Notes under the pieces: generated by a model
The model's database searches: none
What the model saw: only the letters and a program-made list of their open reading frames with translations
Told to the model about the DNA's origin: nothing
Virus record (IMG/VR): IMGVR_UViG_3300010403_000021
Location: 64,001 to 128,000 of that record
Reading direction: 5' to 3' (one strand)
Origin: a virus
Taxonomy: Duplodnaviria; Heunggongvirae; Uroviricota; Caudoviricetes
Length of the DNA: 64,000 nucleotides
Program-made: the position numbers and the translations under genes
Shown here: positions 47,251-57,808 of the stretch, in pieces
Numbering within the stretch: the first letter of the stretch is position 1
How the letters are laid out: every line of letters begins with the position of its first letter

Positions 47251-47547
47251 ATGTTAACAGGTTTAATAATCGCATCAGTTATATCAGTTGTTCTTTTAAC
47301 CTCTCTTATAAAGAATGTTGAGTGGAATTTTAAAGGAAAAGCTGCGGTAGCCACAATACTGTCTGTATTAACGGCAATTCTAGCGTTATTTATGACGGGT
47401 GGATTTGCGGCGTTCACAACGGTTGCATTATTTCAAACGTTTACCACTGTTTATGCATCTTCACAGTTGATCTATCAATTCATTATGAAGGGCACAACGG
47501 TAGAAAATAAACTGGCCCTTTCAGGTAATAAGCCGAAGGTCGATTAA
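47251..47547 (+). CDS. Putative holin
   Basis: 98 aa, 2-3 TM helices, 'SQLIYQFIMKGT..ENKL' resembling actinophage holins. Confidence 0.6.
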   Translation: MLTGLIIASVISVVLLTSLIKNVEWNFKGKAAVATILSVLTAILALFMTGGFAAFTTVALFQTFTTVYASSQLIYQFIMKGTTVENKLALSGNKPKVD

Positions 47548-47753
47548 TGCTCTATTGTAAAAAATGTAACGGAAGAGTATTTATCGATAGGGTGCATTCT
47601 TATAATGGTGATATAGAATTATTCTGCATAAAATGTGGCGAACGATGGTCTTTAGGTAAAGCAACCTATGCGGCCAAGGTTTTGAATAAAATAGAAAAGA
47701 AAAGGGAGCGAGCTTATTTTGGCTACCCAGATCCCCAACTACTTCTTTCTTGA
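47547..47753 (+). CDS. Zinc-ribbon protein
   Basis: CKKC and CIKC. Confidence 0.75.
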   Translation: MLYCKKCNGRVFIDRVHSYNGDIELFCIKCGERWSLGKATYAAKVLNKIEKKRERAYFGYPDPQLLLS

Positions 47754-48204
47754 TGGTAAGTTATATAAACTCATCAGAGTAGTTAAAAATGAAAATATGT
47801 TAGTTATTTGGGGTTTCGAAGAGGAGAGTAGAATGTGGTTTAATTATCAACAGACTCTCAAGAGATTTCAAAAGGCTTTTACTTTGCAAGAAGTAGCAGA
47901 ACTAATTGATAAGAAAATTACGTATCTTAAGGTCATGATGCAAAGAAATCTTATAAGTCGTGGCTCTGGTACGTCTTATTCTATTGCAACACGTCGTCCG
48001 CTTACCGTATACTGGTCAGAAGACGACGTGTTCAACTTGCGGTCTGAGTTATTTGCTCTTGCAAAGAAAAACAAATACGGAGAGCCATACGCTAATTTTA
48101 ATTTAGTCAGTGAAGCTGAACTATTGACGAAAATGCGCGGTGGAGAATCATATTTTATTAAAGATAAAGATGGTCAATTCGTAAAGGTATGGCGTGCTAT
48201 ATGA
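47719..48204 (+). CDS. MerR-like / HTH DNA-binding protein
   Basis: 'AFTLQEVAELIDKK', 'YWSEDDV'. Confidence 0.6.
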   Translation: MATQIPNYFFLDGKLYKLIRVVKNENMLVIWGFEEESRMWFNYQQTLKRFQKAFTLQEVAELIDKKITYLKVMMQRNLISRGSGTSYSIATRRPLTVYWSEDDVFNLRSELFALAKKNKYGEPYANFNLVSEAELLTKMRGGESYFIKDKDGQFVKVWRAI

Positions 48205-48500
48205 GTAAGAAAAAGAAGAAAGGCAAACTTGTCTATATACCTTTTGGTGATACAGAATTTGGTATGGAAGAAATGTTTGCTCAAGGGGCATCGGCTCTGG
48301 ATATAGCAGCAGTTCTGGCTATCCAGAATGGTGATGTTAAATCCCTGATCAATATAGGCTCTAAATATATTAATATGGCTAATGCTATAGCTGGCATTCA
48401 ACCGAATCACAATGAGGATATTAAACTCGGATTCGGATTTTGTATGGAAAGAGAGGTAGAAGATGTCAGAAGTGAAAGTGAATGTGAAGACGACGATTAA
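48201..48500 (+). CDS. Hypothetical protein
   Basis: ATGA-coupled ORF. Confidence 0.65.
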   Translation: MSKKKKKGKLVYIPFGDTEFGMEEMFAQGASALDIAAVLAIQNGDVKSLINIGSKYINMANAIAGIQPNHNEDIKLGFGFCMEREVEDVRSESECEDDD

Positions 48501-48645
48501 TCTTGGTAATTTTGAAAATGTAATTCTTGAATTTGGCGTTACAACTGAAAAACAGCCGGAAGAATCAACAGGAGACGCCCTTGACAGAGTATATGATCTA
48601 GTTGCTAGTAAGCTAGCAGAAAAAGCTAAGAGGTATGTTAAGTGA
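48463..48645 (+). CDS. Conserved small protein
   Basis: GAGGT RBS; 'TINLGNFE', 'DRVYDLV..KL'. Confidence 0.7.
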   Translation: MSEVKVNVKTTINLGNFENVILEFGVTTEKQPEESTGDALDRVYDLVASKLAEKAKRYVK

Positions 48646-48980
48646 GCAAAAGTCAATTCGAAAATGCAGATGCTTTTATTAATCATTTTGTCAAGTCGTA
48701 CATTGATAAATTTAAGACTAGGCCTATTGTCAATAGGTCTAAATTTAAATACGCTGTAGTTGATATGCTTAAAGATATTAAACTAACAGAAGCTAAGGCT
48801 CTTGCAGACTACTATATCTCGCATTATACTGAAGTTAGTATCAGCGAGTTTCTCTATAAATATGATGAAATGATTCAAGAGATGAACGCCGAAGAAGCAG
48901 ACTTAATGCAGAGAGAACAATTACTATCTGAGACACAAAGTGCTGTTCAAAGATTTAGAGAAAGGTACGGCAAGAATTGA
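48642..48980 (+). CDS. Hypothetical protein preceding helicase
   Basis: GTGA coupling. Confidence 0.65.
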   Translation: MSKSQFENADAFINHFVKSYIDKFKTRPIVNRSKFKYAVVDMLKDIKLTEAKALADYYISHYTEVSISEFLYKYDEMIQEMNAEEADLMQREQLLSETQSAVQRFRERYGKN

Positions 48981-50236
48981 TCAATGAAATCAGAGTAATT
49001 TCTTCAGTAATCAAGGAAAAAGACATCGCACCATTAATCAATGGATCGTATGTTGATGAACTGTTTGATGCTTATGCTGATGTGTGGGAATTCATCAAGA
49101 GTTATTACACAAAGCATAGGCAGATCGTTCCGGCTGATATTATTACTGAAAGATTTGCCAAAGAAGACCATAGCTTTAAATTGATTGAAACATCAGGAAA
49201 CGTAAAACATTATCTTGAGCAACTGCGTGAAGAGTATACAAGCAACATGCTTGAACGTATTGCACGTGGATTGGCAAGTGATTTAGGTCGTAGACCTAAT
49301 GACGAGATTATGAGCAATCTTCAAAAAAGATTTGTCGAAATCAGTAAGGTTTCAAATGTTGTCAAGGACCTTGATATCACTGATCACTCTAAAGCCGTAG
49401 AACATTTTACTGAAACAAAACGTAGAATGGAAGAAAACGGCGGGGTGCTAGGAATCAGATTTGGTTTCGATTCCATTGATGCAAACTATCCGACTGGCGC
49501 TGGTCCAGGTCAGTATATTATGATTATCTCTAGAACCAATCAAGGTAAGTCATGGCTTGCACTGGAGTTTGCTATTAACGCCTGGAAGCAAGGGAAGAAA
49601 GTTTTATATGTATCCCTGGAGATGTCTCCAGAGCTAGTAAGAAATCGTGCGTATGCCTTGATGTCCAGAGGTAAGTTCAATATGTCAGATCTTTCCCGTG
49701 CTGAAATTGATCTTATTGATATGGAGAATTGGTCTTCGCAAGAGCTTGACAATGATAATTCTTTTGTTGTAACTGGCTCAGAAGGCATGGGTGGATTTAA
49801 TAACCTTCAGCTTCAAGCAAAGATTGATCAATATGGTCCGGATATTATTTACATCGACTATATGCAACTACAGGAAGACAATAAGAATTCCAGCGGTGAG
49901 ACTGAAAAAGTAAGAAATGTGTCAAAGGAAAACAAAGCAACGGCAATGAGAAATGAAGTTCCTGTTGTTTGTGTTGCTTCCGCTTCAAGTAATGAGACTA
50001 AGGAGTATTTTACTCCTCCGCAAATCTACGAGGTCGCAGGATCTAGACAATCAGCTTTCGATGCTGACTTGGTTCTTAGTATGATTTCTCATAAACAACG
50101 TGAAGGTCACAATCTAACTGAAGTCATCGCACGTAAAAACCGTCATGGTCCACTATTCAATTTCATGCTAAAAATGGATATTGCCAATGGTAATATTGAA
50201 GAAGTTTGGGTTGATGAGCCAGATGAAGAAGATTGA
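48977..50236 (+). CDS. dnaB: Replicative DnaB-like helicase
   Basis: Walker A 'SRTNQGKS', 'SLEMS', 'YIDYMQL', 'Q..FDADLV', 'KNRHG'. Confidence 0.95.
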   Translation: MINEIRVISSVIKEKDIAPLINGSYVDELFDAYADVWEFIKSYYTKHRQIVPADIITERFAKEDHSFKLIETSGNVKHYLEQLREEYTSNMLERIARGLASDLGRRPNDEIMSNLQKRFVEISKVSNVVKDLDITDHSKAVEHFTETKRRMEENGGVLGIRFGFDSIDANYPTGAGPGQYIMIISRTNQGKSWLALEFAINAWKQGKKVLYVSLEMSPELVRNRAYALMSRGKFNMSDLSRAEIDLIDMENWSSQELDNDNSFVVTGSEGMGGFNNLQLQAKIDQYGPDIIYIDYMQLQEDNKNSSGETEKVRNVSKENKATAMRNEVPVVCVASASSNETKEYFTPPQIYEVAGSRQSAFDADLVLSMISHKQREGHNLTEVIARKNRHGPLFNFMLKMDIANGNIEEVWVDEPDEED

Positions 50237-50511
50237 TCATGCACGAACCGGTAAAGCATTTTAGTCAGCATGGCATCATAAAAGATGATAAAGATTTCAT
50301 AAGGCTTAGATTAGAATTCGAAAGGATTATAATTGATGTTATGAAGTCAACTGGCTATCTTCCCATTTACAATATGGGATCTCATTGGTCAACTGAATGG
50401 CTAGGCGACAGATATACATTTCGGCTTACCATGTATGGATCTTACGCCGGGAAGAAAAAAGCGCAAGACTATACTTTTTGGCTTGATGGGAGATTGATCA
50501 AAGATGGATGA
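50233..50511 (+). CDS. Conserved hypothetical protein
   Basis: Between helicase and primase; 'GYLP', 'LTMYGSYAGKKKA'. Confidence 0.7.
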   Translation: MIMHEPVKHFSQHGIIKDDKDFIRLRLEFERIIIDVMKSTGYLPIYNMGSHWSTEWLGDRYTFRLTMYGSYAGKKKAQDYTFWLDGRLIKDG

Positions 50512-51550
50512 AGTTTATAGTGCTGGTCAAATTGAAGCTATATTGAATGATATAGGTGTAGACGTAAGGGGAGAAACAGAGACAAATTTACTTTGTCTCT
50601 GTGTATTCCATAGGAATACGGATAGTCCAAGTTTGTCAATAGACAAAGATAAAGGTCTTTATTTATGTTTTTCTCCTATGTGTGACGCAAGAGGTACCTT
50701 GGTAAAATTGGTCACTCATATGACCAATTCAAATCCTTTTGTCGTAAAGAGAATTATTGACAGACACAAGACATCATCCGGTCCTATTGGTAAACAGATA
50801 GAAGATTTACTTGATAAAAAGATTGAACTTCCAACATTTAACGTAGACACTATGAATAGAATGGCTGATGACTTATGGGGGTCACTTGGTCAAGATTATA
50901 TGGTTGAACAAAGGAAGTTCAAGCCCGAAACCTTAGGTTATTTTGGTATCGGATATTCTATTAGAAATGATATGCTTGCTATTCCACTACACGATTGGGA
51001 TGCCAAATTAGTTGGTATAATCGGTAGATCTAGAATTGGTAAAGTGTTCAAGAATTCAGATAAATTACCAACAAGTAAACTTCTCTTCAATGCTCATAGG
51101 GCCAAGAAAATTGGTGATACGGTAATTGTTGTCGAATCTTCAATGGATGCTATGCGTGTACATCAAGCTGGATATCCAAATGTGGTTGCTACAAATGGTG
51201 GATTTTTCACCGAGTGGCATAAGCAAACATTAGATAGATATTTCAATACAATTATTATCATGACTGATATGGATGATCCAGATAAACACAGATCTCCTTA
51301 TTGTAATAAATGTCCAAACACATGTCTTGGACATAATCCAGGCAGAGCGCTGGGTGAAAAAATAATCAAGGCTCTACCATCCAAGAGAATTAGATGGGCT
51401 AGCTATGATTATCATATTGTATATCCGGATGGTGCAAAAGACGCCGGGGATATGACAGATGAGCAAATTGCCCAATGTATTGATAATTCAATCAGCTCTA
51501 TCGAGTGGGCCTTCTGGAAGCGACAAAATAAGCTCTTCTCTTTGATCTGA
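50504..51550 (+). CDS. dnaG: DNA primase (zinc finger plus TOPRIM)
   Basis: 'CVFH.NTDSPS...CF...C', 'VVESSMD', 'TDMD', 'KDAGD'. Confidence 0.9.
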   Translation: MDEVYSAGQIEAILNDIGVDVRGETETNLLCLCVFHRNTDSPSLSIDKDKGLYLCFSPMCDARGTLVKLVTHMTNSNPFVVKRIIDRHKTSSGPIGKQIEDLLDKKIELPTFNVDTMNRMADDLWGSLGQDYMVEQRKFKPETLGYFGIGYSIRNDMLAIPLHDWDAKLVGIIGRSRIGKVFKNSDKLPTSKLLFNAHRAKKIGDTVIVVESSMDAMRVHQAGYPNVVATNGGFFTEWHKQTLDRYFNTIIIMTDMDDPDKHRSPYCNKCPNTCLGHNPGRALGEKIIKALPSKRIRWASYDYHIVYPDGAKDAGDMTDEQIAQCIDNSISSIEWAFWKRQNKLFSLI

Positions 51551-51629
51551 CGAAGTGGTATAATGGACTAGGCAGCTTAAGTAAAAGCCAAGCCATAAAA
51601 CAATAAACATAGAAAAGGAAATAAATAAA

Positions 51630-52319
51630 ATGGCATTTTCACTAGATGATGTACTTCGTAAAAAGCGTGAAATTAAAGAACGTGCAGACCGTCCTACAGT
51701 TGATTGGTTCAGTCTTGCAAAGAGGAATCCGGTACGTATTAGATTCCGTCAGGAAATCAGTGCAGATTCTGTAAACTACGATAGCAATAATGGTTCATTT
51801 GTATTTCTCAATGAGCACACTTCTCCTTACAACTTTATTCGTAGAGCTGAATGCTCTTATGATTCAGAAGGTCGCTGCTTCGGTTGTGAAATGGTAAAGG
51901 TAGAACCTGTAATTGAAATCGAAGGTCAAAAGAAGTATGGTGCTTGGGCTGCAAAGTCTAACCTATATACTTACATCGAAACAGAAGATAATGAAATCAA
52001 GGTTCTTTCTAGACCAGCACCAGGTACCTTCTTTGATCTAATTTATGGATTCCATGACGGTGATGGAGAGGGTTCAATCACACAACAGGAATTTGAAATC
52101 TCCAAGGGTCCTAAGCGTAACGATTCATGGAATCTTACTCCTAGACTAAAGACTTCATTTGAGATCACTCAATCCGCAGAACTAGCTGATTTAGCAACTG
52201 CCGTTAGTCGTAAGATTCCTTACGAAGAGCAGAAGAACTTCTATCTACCAGATGCTAAAAAGAATGAAACTCAAGCTCCCGCTTCACAGGCTGAAGCTGC
52301 TAAAAGTTTTGAATGGTAA
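51630..52319 (+). CDS. Single-stranded DNA-binding protein (probable)
   Basis: 'VRIRFRQE', 'RRAECS...CFGCE', acidic/aromatic C-tail; own TG-TATAAT promoter and terminator. Confidence 0.7.
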   Translation: MAFSLDDVLRKKREIKERADRPTVDWFSLAKRNPVRIRFRQEISADSVNYDSNNGSFVFLNEHTSPYNFIRRAECSYDSEGRCFGCEMVKVEPVIEIEGQKKYGAWAAKSNLYTYIETEDNEIKVLSRPAPGTFFDLIYGFHDGDGEGSITQQEFEISKGPKRNDSWNLTPRLKTSFEITQSAELADLATAVSRKIPYEEQKNFYLPDAKKNETQAPASQAEAAKSFEW

Positions 52320-52331
52320 GATTGTTGTAGA

Positions 52332-52356
52332 GCACCCCGCTTCGGCGGGGTGTTTC
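52332..52356 (+). terminator. Intrinsic terminator
   Basis: CACCCCGC-TTCG-GCGGGGTG then TTT. Confidence 0.75.
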
Positions 52357-52399
52357 CATTAATAGACAGGTCCACAGAGACCATTAAAAAGGAGATTAA

Positions 52400-55300
52400 A
52401 TGCAGATCGCAGGTTTACATTGTCATTCAGAATACAGCCCACTAGATGGTTTTTGTTCAACAGATGAAATGTTTGAACAAGCAGTTAAAATTGGTATGCC
52501 AGCTATTTCCATTACAGATCATGGAACTTTGGCCGGACATAGAAGTTTCCAGCGTTCAGCCTTGAAATATAATGTCAAGCCAATTCTTGGCGAAGAGCTT
52601 TATTATTCGGAAACAGACAGATTCGACCGGCGTGCAAAAACATCACGTCAAGACGGTACATCGGTTTATGTACATCTTATTGCTTTGGCTATGAATGACA
52701 AAGGTCTCCAGAATCTACAAGCTATTGATCGCGAAGCTTGGTTAGCATATTACAACAAGCCGCGTATGGATTTTGAACTGCTTGAACAGTACAATGAAGA
52801 TATTATTTTCACCAGCGCGTGCATGGGTGGTCTTCTAAGCAAGGCTATGAACGAGCGCCAGGATTATGAATATGCTTACGACCAAGCAAAGAAATTCAAA
52901 AGTCTGCTAGGTGATCGCTATTACATTGAACTGCAAGGACACAATCCTGTTAAACTGAACTATGATCTGCTTGAGCTAGCAGATGAACTAAAGATCAAAG
53001 CTATTGTTGCGGAAGACAGTCATTACGCATCAGAAGATCAAAGAGTAATGGAAGAGATTTTTCTTATTCTTTCAACTCACCCTAAGATGGACAAGTCCTT
53101 TGATCTAGCTAAAGCTAGTAAGATGGAATTGATGGAGCGCCTTGATTACATCTATCCAGATTCAGCTCAAAAAGATGGCAAGCGTAGAATGAGCTTTAGG
53201 GATATCAATCTATTTATCGGCGGGTACGATTTGAGAAAAGCCGAACTTGTAGAAACTGGTATCAATCGTGAAGACATCTTTGAAAATACTCTAGAGATCG
53301 CTGATCGTATTAGTGATTACACTTATCAAGAGGGGCTGGACACTCTACCAAAAATTAGCGATGATCCTAATAAAGTTCTTAGAGAGAAAGTATTCGCCGG
53401 GCTTAAGAAGCGTGGGCTGGATGAAAAGCCTGAGTATGTAAACAGGGCAAACTATGAACTTAAGGTAATTGAAGACTTAAAGTTTCCAACATACTTTTTG
53501 CTTGTTGGTGATGCAATGGATTTTGCTAATAAAATGGGTATTCGTTCAGGATTTGGTCGTGGTAGTGCAGCAGGTTCACTTACATGTTATGCTACAGATA
53601 TCACAGGTCTTGATCCTATTAAGAAGCACCTTCTATTTGAGAGATTCCTTGATCCCGAACGTACCGACTATCCTGACGTAGACTGGGATATTCAAGATGA
53701 CAGACGTGGTGAGATCAAACAATATCTAGCTGATAAGTATGGTCACGTTGCCAGTATTACAAATATTAATCGTTATAAGGGCAAAAAAGCACTAAAGGAT
53801 GCAGCTCGTGCCCTTGGTGTACCTTATGCAGAAATCAATAAAGCTATTAAGTCTATTGAAGGTATCGATGAAATCACTGGGCATGATGTTGTTGCAGAAT
53901 TCAGAGAAGCTGCAAAGAAGTTCTGTCTGAAGTATCCAGAAGTACCGGATATTGCTGAACAGCTCTTTGGTAAGATTAATGGGTATGGTATGCACGCGGC
54001 CGGTGTAGTTGTTGCGGACAGAGCTATTGCTGATTATGCCCCTATTGAAACCAGAAAACAAACAGGTTCTGATCAACGTATTGAAGTAGTTGCACTTGAT
54101 AAAAATGAATGTGAATCTCTAGGTTTGATTAAGATCGATCTTCTAGGTCTGAAGACATTAACTGTTATTGAAGATGCCATTAATTTGATTAGACAGAATC
54201 AAGGTATCGCTATTAACCTTGAGCACATCAATTATGAAGATGAAGATGTTTATCACATGCTTGGTCAAGGCAGAACACTTGGAGTATTTCAATGTGAAGC
54301 TGCACCTTATACTAAACTATTGATGAATATGGGTTGTAATGACTTCAACGATCTAACAGTATCGAATGCGCTGGTCCGACCGGGTGCTTGGAATGCTATT
54401 GGTAAAGATTACATTAGCGCCAAGCTTGGTAAAACAAAAGGTATTCAGATTCACAAGGATGTTTCAAACTTTATGGATGAGACATTTGGATATCCGGTTT
54501 ATCAGGAGCAAATGATGAAATTGTCTGTTGAACTTGCTGGTTTTACCGTTGGTGAGTCGAACGCTCTTCGTCGTGGTATTGGTAAAAAGAAGCGTGAAGT
54601 AATTGATACGTTCAAGCCTATGTTTGTTATGGGTGCTCAAAAGAAAGTAACAAAAGAAGTGGCTGAAAAGCTTTGGACTTCATTTGAAGAATCAGGGGCG
54701 TATGCTTTTAATAAATCTCACGCCGTTGCCTATTCAATGCTTTCATATCAGACTGCGTGGTTGAAGTATCATTATCCGCTTGAATACATGTGTGCTTTGC
54801 TTCGTAATGAAGATAATAGAGAAAACATTACAGATTATTTGCTTGAATGTAAACAAATGAATATTCGTATCAGATTGCCACATATTTCCAGTTCTAATAC
54901 AACATTCTCTATTGAAGATACAGCATTGAGAATGGGTTTGTCCGGGGTGAAGTATATCTCTGACACTTTAGCTCAAAGAATTATTAGTGGCCGTCCATAC
55001 GCAAACTATAAAGAGTTTAGAGAATATGCTATGACTAAAGGAAGTGGTCTTAACAGCAGAGTTCTATCAGCTCTTAATGCTTTTGGTGGCGCATCATTTG
55101 ATGACAATCCAGTACCGGAAGATTTTAAAAAGAATCTCTACGAGTATCTTGGCGTACCGGCTTTTGATACGAACATGATCACTCAAAGAATGAAAGATCA
55201 AATTACTCCATTGGAAGAATACATGGATGATGAAACTTTCATTGTTATGGGAATGGTAAAAGCAATTAAGCGCGGTGAAGGCTGGGCTAGAGTTGATATG

Positions 55301-55702
55301 GTAGACTCATCGGGAACTGCTGGTGCTTTCGCTGACCAAGATATTGAAGTCGTTAAGGGAAAGATGTACTTGTTTTTGATCGGTAATAACAGTATCATGA
55401 AGTACATCGACCTGGAAGAAGTAAACGAAACAGATGACATCGTACTTGATTATCTTCGGAGACCAATTCTAGAAGATATTGTTGAAGGACAATATAAGAT
55501 TCTTTATGCAAAAGCCAAGACTACTAAAAATGGTAAGAAGATTGCCAATCTAGTTGTCTGTGATTTCGAAAAGAATCTTCAAACGTTAATGGTATTCGAA
55601 AAGAATATTCAAATGGTTAGAATGACTTGTAAGATTGGCTCTGTGAGAGCATTGGATATCAAAGAATATAAAGGGACTAAGTTTATTAATGGAGCAAGCT
55701 AA
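52400..55702 (+). CDS. dnaE: DNA polymerase III alpha subunit (family C)
   Basis: PHP 'LHCHSEYSPLDG', 'TDHGTL', 'GRGSAAGS', 'PDVDWD', 'KIDLLGL', 'YQEQ', 'FNKSHA'. Confidence 0.97.
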   Translation: MQIAGLHCHSEYSPLDGFCSTDEMFEQAVKIGMPAISITDHGTLAGHRSFQRSALKYNVKPILGEELYYSETDRFDRRAKTSRQDGTSVYVHLIALAMNDKGLQNLQAIDREAWLAYYNKPRMDFELLEQYNEDIIFTSACMGGLLSKAMNERQDYEYAYDQAKKFKSLLGDRYYIELQGHNPVKLNYDLLELADELKIKAIVAEDSHYASEDQRVMEEIFLILSTHPKMDKSFDLAKASKMELMERLDYIYPDSAQKDGKRRMSFRDINLFIGGYDLRKAELVETGINREDIFENTLEIADRISDYTYQEGLDTLPKISDDPNKVLREKVFAGLKKRGLDEKPEYVNRANYELKVIEDLKFPTYFLLVGDAMDFANKMGIRSGFGRGSAAGSLTCYATDITGLDPIKKHLLFERFLDPERTDYPDVDWDIQDDRRGEIKQYLADKYGHVASITNINRYKGKKALKDAARALGVPYAEINKAIKSIEGIDEITGHDVVAEFREAAKKFCLKYPEVPDIAEQLFGKINGYGMHAAGVVVADRAIADYAPIETRKQTGSDQRIEVVALDKNECESLGLIKIDLLGLKTLTVIEDAINLIRQNQGIAINLEHINYEDEDVYHMLGQGRTLGVFQCEAAPYTKLLMNMGCNDFNDLTVSNALVRPGAWNAIGKDYISAKLGKTKGIQIHKDVSNFMDETFGYPVYQEQMMKLSVELAGFTVGESNALRRGIGKKKREVIDTFKPMFVMGAQKKVTKEVAEKLWTSFEESGAYAFNKSHAVAYSMLSYQTAWLKYHYPLEYMCALLRNEDNRENITDYLLECKQMNIRIRLPHISSSNTTFSIEDTALRMGLSGVKYISDTLAQRIISGRPYANYKEFREYAMTKGSGLNSRVLSALNAFGGASFDDNPVPEDFKKNLYEYLGVPAFDTNMITQRMKDQITPLEEYMDDETFIVMGMVKAIKRGEGWARVDMVDSSGTAGAFADQDIEVVKGKMYLFLIGNNSIMKYIDLEEVNETDDIVLDYLRRPILEDIVEGQYKILYAKAKTTKNGKKIANLVVCDFEKNLQTLMVFEKNIQMVRMTCKIGSVRALDIKEYKGTKFINGAS

Positions 55703-55910
55703 TTTACAGGGTGCGCTCATACCCTATTTATTTCATGAGCTTTTAGACAGACATGGTGGCACAATCGAATTTGATGCCGCGAAGATTAAAGATTCAGTAA
55801 GTTCCAAAGAAGATCGTGGAGTTGCCATCAGCATTGTTGATGGCATTCTCATAGTAAAACTAATAGATAAGGATGATATGGATGCAGATGAGAATCAAGC
55901 TTCTAAGTGA
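55689..55910 (+). CDS. Hypothetical protein
   Basis: 73-aa ORF between dnaE and dut. Confidence 0.6.
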   Translation: MEQANLQGALIPYLFHELLDRHGGTIEFDAAKIKDSVSSKEDRGVAISIVDGILIVKLIDKDDMDADENQASK

Positions 55911-56319
55911 TAGTGCTTTGCCACCAAGATATGCCCAACCAGGTGACGCCGGTGCGGATTTGTTTGCTGACGAAGATGCAATTGTACATGCACGTGGACA
56001 AAAGTTAATTAGAACAGGCGTGGCGTTTGAAATTCCAGAAGGATATTTTGGTTTAGTCAGACCGCGATCTGGTCTTGCCACCAAATATGGAATCGGTATG
56101 AATAGCTCTGGAGTAATTGACTCAGGGTATCGTGGTGAAGTATCTGTAACTCTGATGAACCACACGGATGCCAACTATATGGTTAATAAGTGTGATAGGA
56201 TCGCCCAGATATTAATTCTGCCAGTAGAGTACGTCACGTTTAATATAGTGTCTCAGTTGTCAGATAGTGACCGTGGAACGCATGGTTATGGAAGCACAGG
56301 TTACCAGCAATGGGCATAG
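55888..56319 (+). CDS. dut: Trimeric dUTPase
   Basis: 'GDAGADL', 'PRSGLA', 'GVIDSGYRGE', 'IAQ', 'RG..GYGSTG'. Confidence 0.95.
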   Translation: MRIKLLSDSALPPRYAQPGDAGADLFADEDAIVHARGQKLIRTGVAFEIPEGYFGLVRPRSGLATKYGIGMNSSGVIDSGYRGEVSVTLMNHTDANYMVNKCDRIAQILILPVEYVTFNIVSQLSDSDRGTHGYGSTGYQQWA

Positions 56320-57305
56320 AAGAAATTATGGCTAAGCTTGATAAAAAGACCAGAGATAGAGTAGAAGCTGCTTCCAATAGAAATATTGAAAAGCTTGAAC
56401 TTGCCAGCATTGGTTTGAATAATGCCCTTCTCGGCGGGATAGGAATGGGAAGACAGACTCTAGTGTGGGGTAATAAATCTGCTGGTAAATCATCAATGTG
56501 TTTGCAGTCAGTAGGCATGGCACAAAAGCAAGGAAAGACATGTGCTTGGATTGATTCAGAGTCCAGCTTTGATCCTGTATGGGCAGAAAAGCTTGGTGTA
56601 GATACTACACAACTTATTGTTTCACCAGCTAAAGATATTGATAGCTGGACACTTACAATTTGCGAGCTGATGAAGCACGGTGTTGATGCAATTGTGGCTG
56701 ATTCTATTTCTTCCTTGATTCCTTCAACATACTTTGAGAAAGGTGAAGAGCTTAAAGAAGGTCTTGAGGGTACTAAGCAGATTGGTACAATGTCTAAGGA
56801 ACTTGGTATCGCTGTAAACAAATTCAATTATATGAATAAGAATACGGCATTGGTATTGATTTCACAGGCCAGGAATAAGTTCAATACTTATGGCGCTCAG
56901 CTTCAGCCTATGGGTGGAGAGGCTATGAAATTCTATTCAAGCACTGTTATTAAACTATGGTCTTCGGCATCCGAACGTGAACAGATTACTGCTGATATAA
57001 AGAGAAACGATAAAATAGTTAGCAAGCCTGTTGGACGTCCAGTCAACTTTACTGTTGAATTTAATAAAATTGGCCCACCAAATCAAATGGGAATGTATGA
57101 CTTCTATTATGCTGGTGATCATGTTGGAGTAGATCAAATTGGTGAAATAGCCGATTTAGCCGAAAAGTCTGGCATCATTAATAAGGGTGGAGCATGGTAC
57201 TCTTATGGTGAAGAAAAGTTCCAAGGCAGACAAAAAATGGTTACGTGGTTGAGAGATAATCCAATTATTGCCGAAGAAATAGCACAGAAGGTGCTAAATG
57301 CCTGA
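56310..57305 (+). CDS. recA: RecA/UvsX-like recombinase
   Basis: 'GNKSAGKS', 'IDSE', 'DSISSL', 'ISQ.R', 'GGEAMKFYSS', 'GAWY'. Confidence 0.95.
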   Translation: MGIEEIMAKLDKKTRDRVEAASNRNIEKLELASIGLNNALLGGIGMGRQTLVWGNKSAGKSSMCLQSVGMAQKQGKTCAWIDSESSFDPVWAEKLGVDTTQLIVSPAKDIDSWTLTICELMKHGVDAIVADSISSLIPSTYFEKGEELKEGLEGTKQIGTMSKELGIAVNKFNYMNKNTALVLISQARNKFNTYGAQLQPMGGEAMKFYSSTVIKLWSSASEREQITADIKRNDKIVSKPVGRPVNFTVEFNKIGPPNQMGMYDFYYAGDHVGVDQIGEIADLAEKSGIINKGGAWYSYGEEKFQGRQKMVTWLRDNPIIAEEIAQKVLNA

Positions 57306-57501
57306 ATTCATTCAAGGAAAGGGTGCCCCTAAAAAGGCACCCGACCTTATAGAAGTAGATATTGATTCAGCGTGTGAAAAATGCTTTGCGCCCGCCGACA
57401 AAGTGTACTATAATAAGGTCAATAAGACACTAATTGTTATATGTCCAAGTGAACATGAAACAATTTTACAAGGGAATTGGGGTTGGATTATAAATGGCTG
57501 A
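57298..57501 (+). CDS. Small zinc-ribbon-like protein
   Basis: CEKC and CPSEH. Confidence 0.65.
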   Translation: MPEFIQGKGAPKKAPDLIEVDIDSACEKCFAPADKVYYNKVNKTLIVICPSEHETILQGNWGWIING

Positions 57502-57808
57502 CGCAAGATCAGAAAAAGACGAGATCAGAAAAATGGGTGGAATTCCACAACCTAATTCTGGCCGGGGTAAATACAAAAAAGGCGATGCTGTTCTAGGTCC
57601 TTTTATTGTAGATGTAAAAGAAGCAAAGAAGTCTTTTAATCTAAATCAAAAAGTATGGGCTAAGATATGCTCTGACGCTGCCAAGCATCTCCAAGAACCG
57701 GCATTAATGGTTGCCATTGGCGAAGACAATGACACTATACGAACATGGATTATTGGAGATGTCATGTTCCACCAGATGCTAGAAGAGTGGTCGAAGAAAT
57801 ATGGATGA
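57494..57808 (+). CDS. PD-(D/E)XK nuclease, Holliday-junction-resolvase-like
   Basis: 'NSGRG..KGD...VDVKE..KSF'. Confidence 0.7.
   Translation: MADARSEKDEIRKMGGIPQPNSGRGKYKKGDAVLGPFIVDVKEAKKSFNLNQKVWAKICSDAAKHLQEPALMVAIGEDNDTIRTWIIGDVMFHQMLEEWSKKYG

Noticed and set aside
12369-55702. Inteins or introns within nrdJ, dnaB, dnaG or dnaE
   Set aside because: Protein lengths are ordinary, motifs are contiguous and no Hint blocks are visible.
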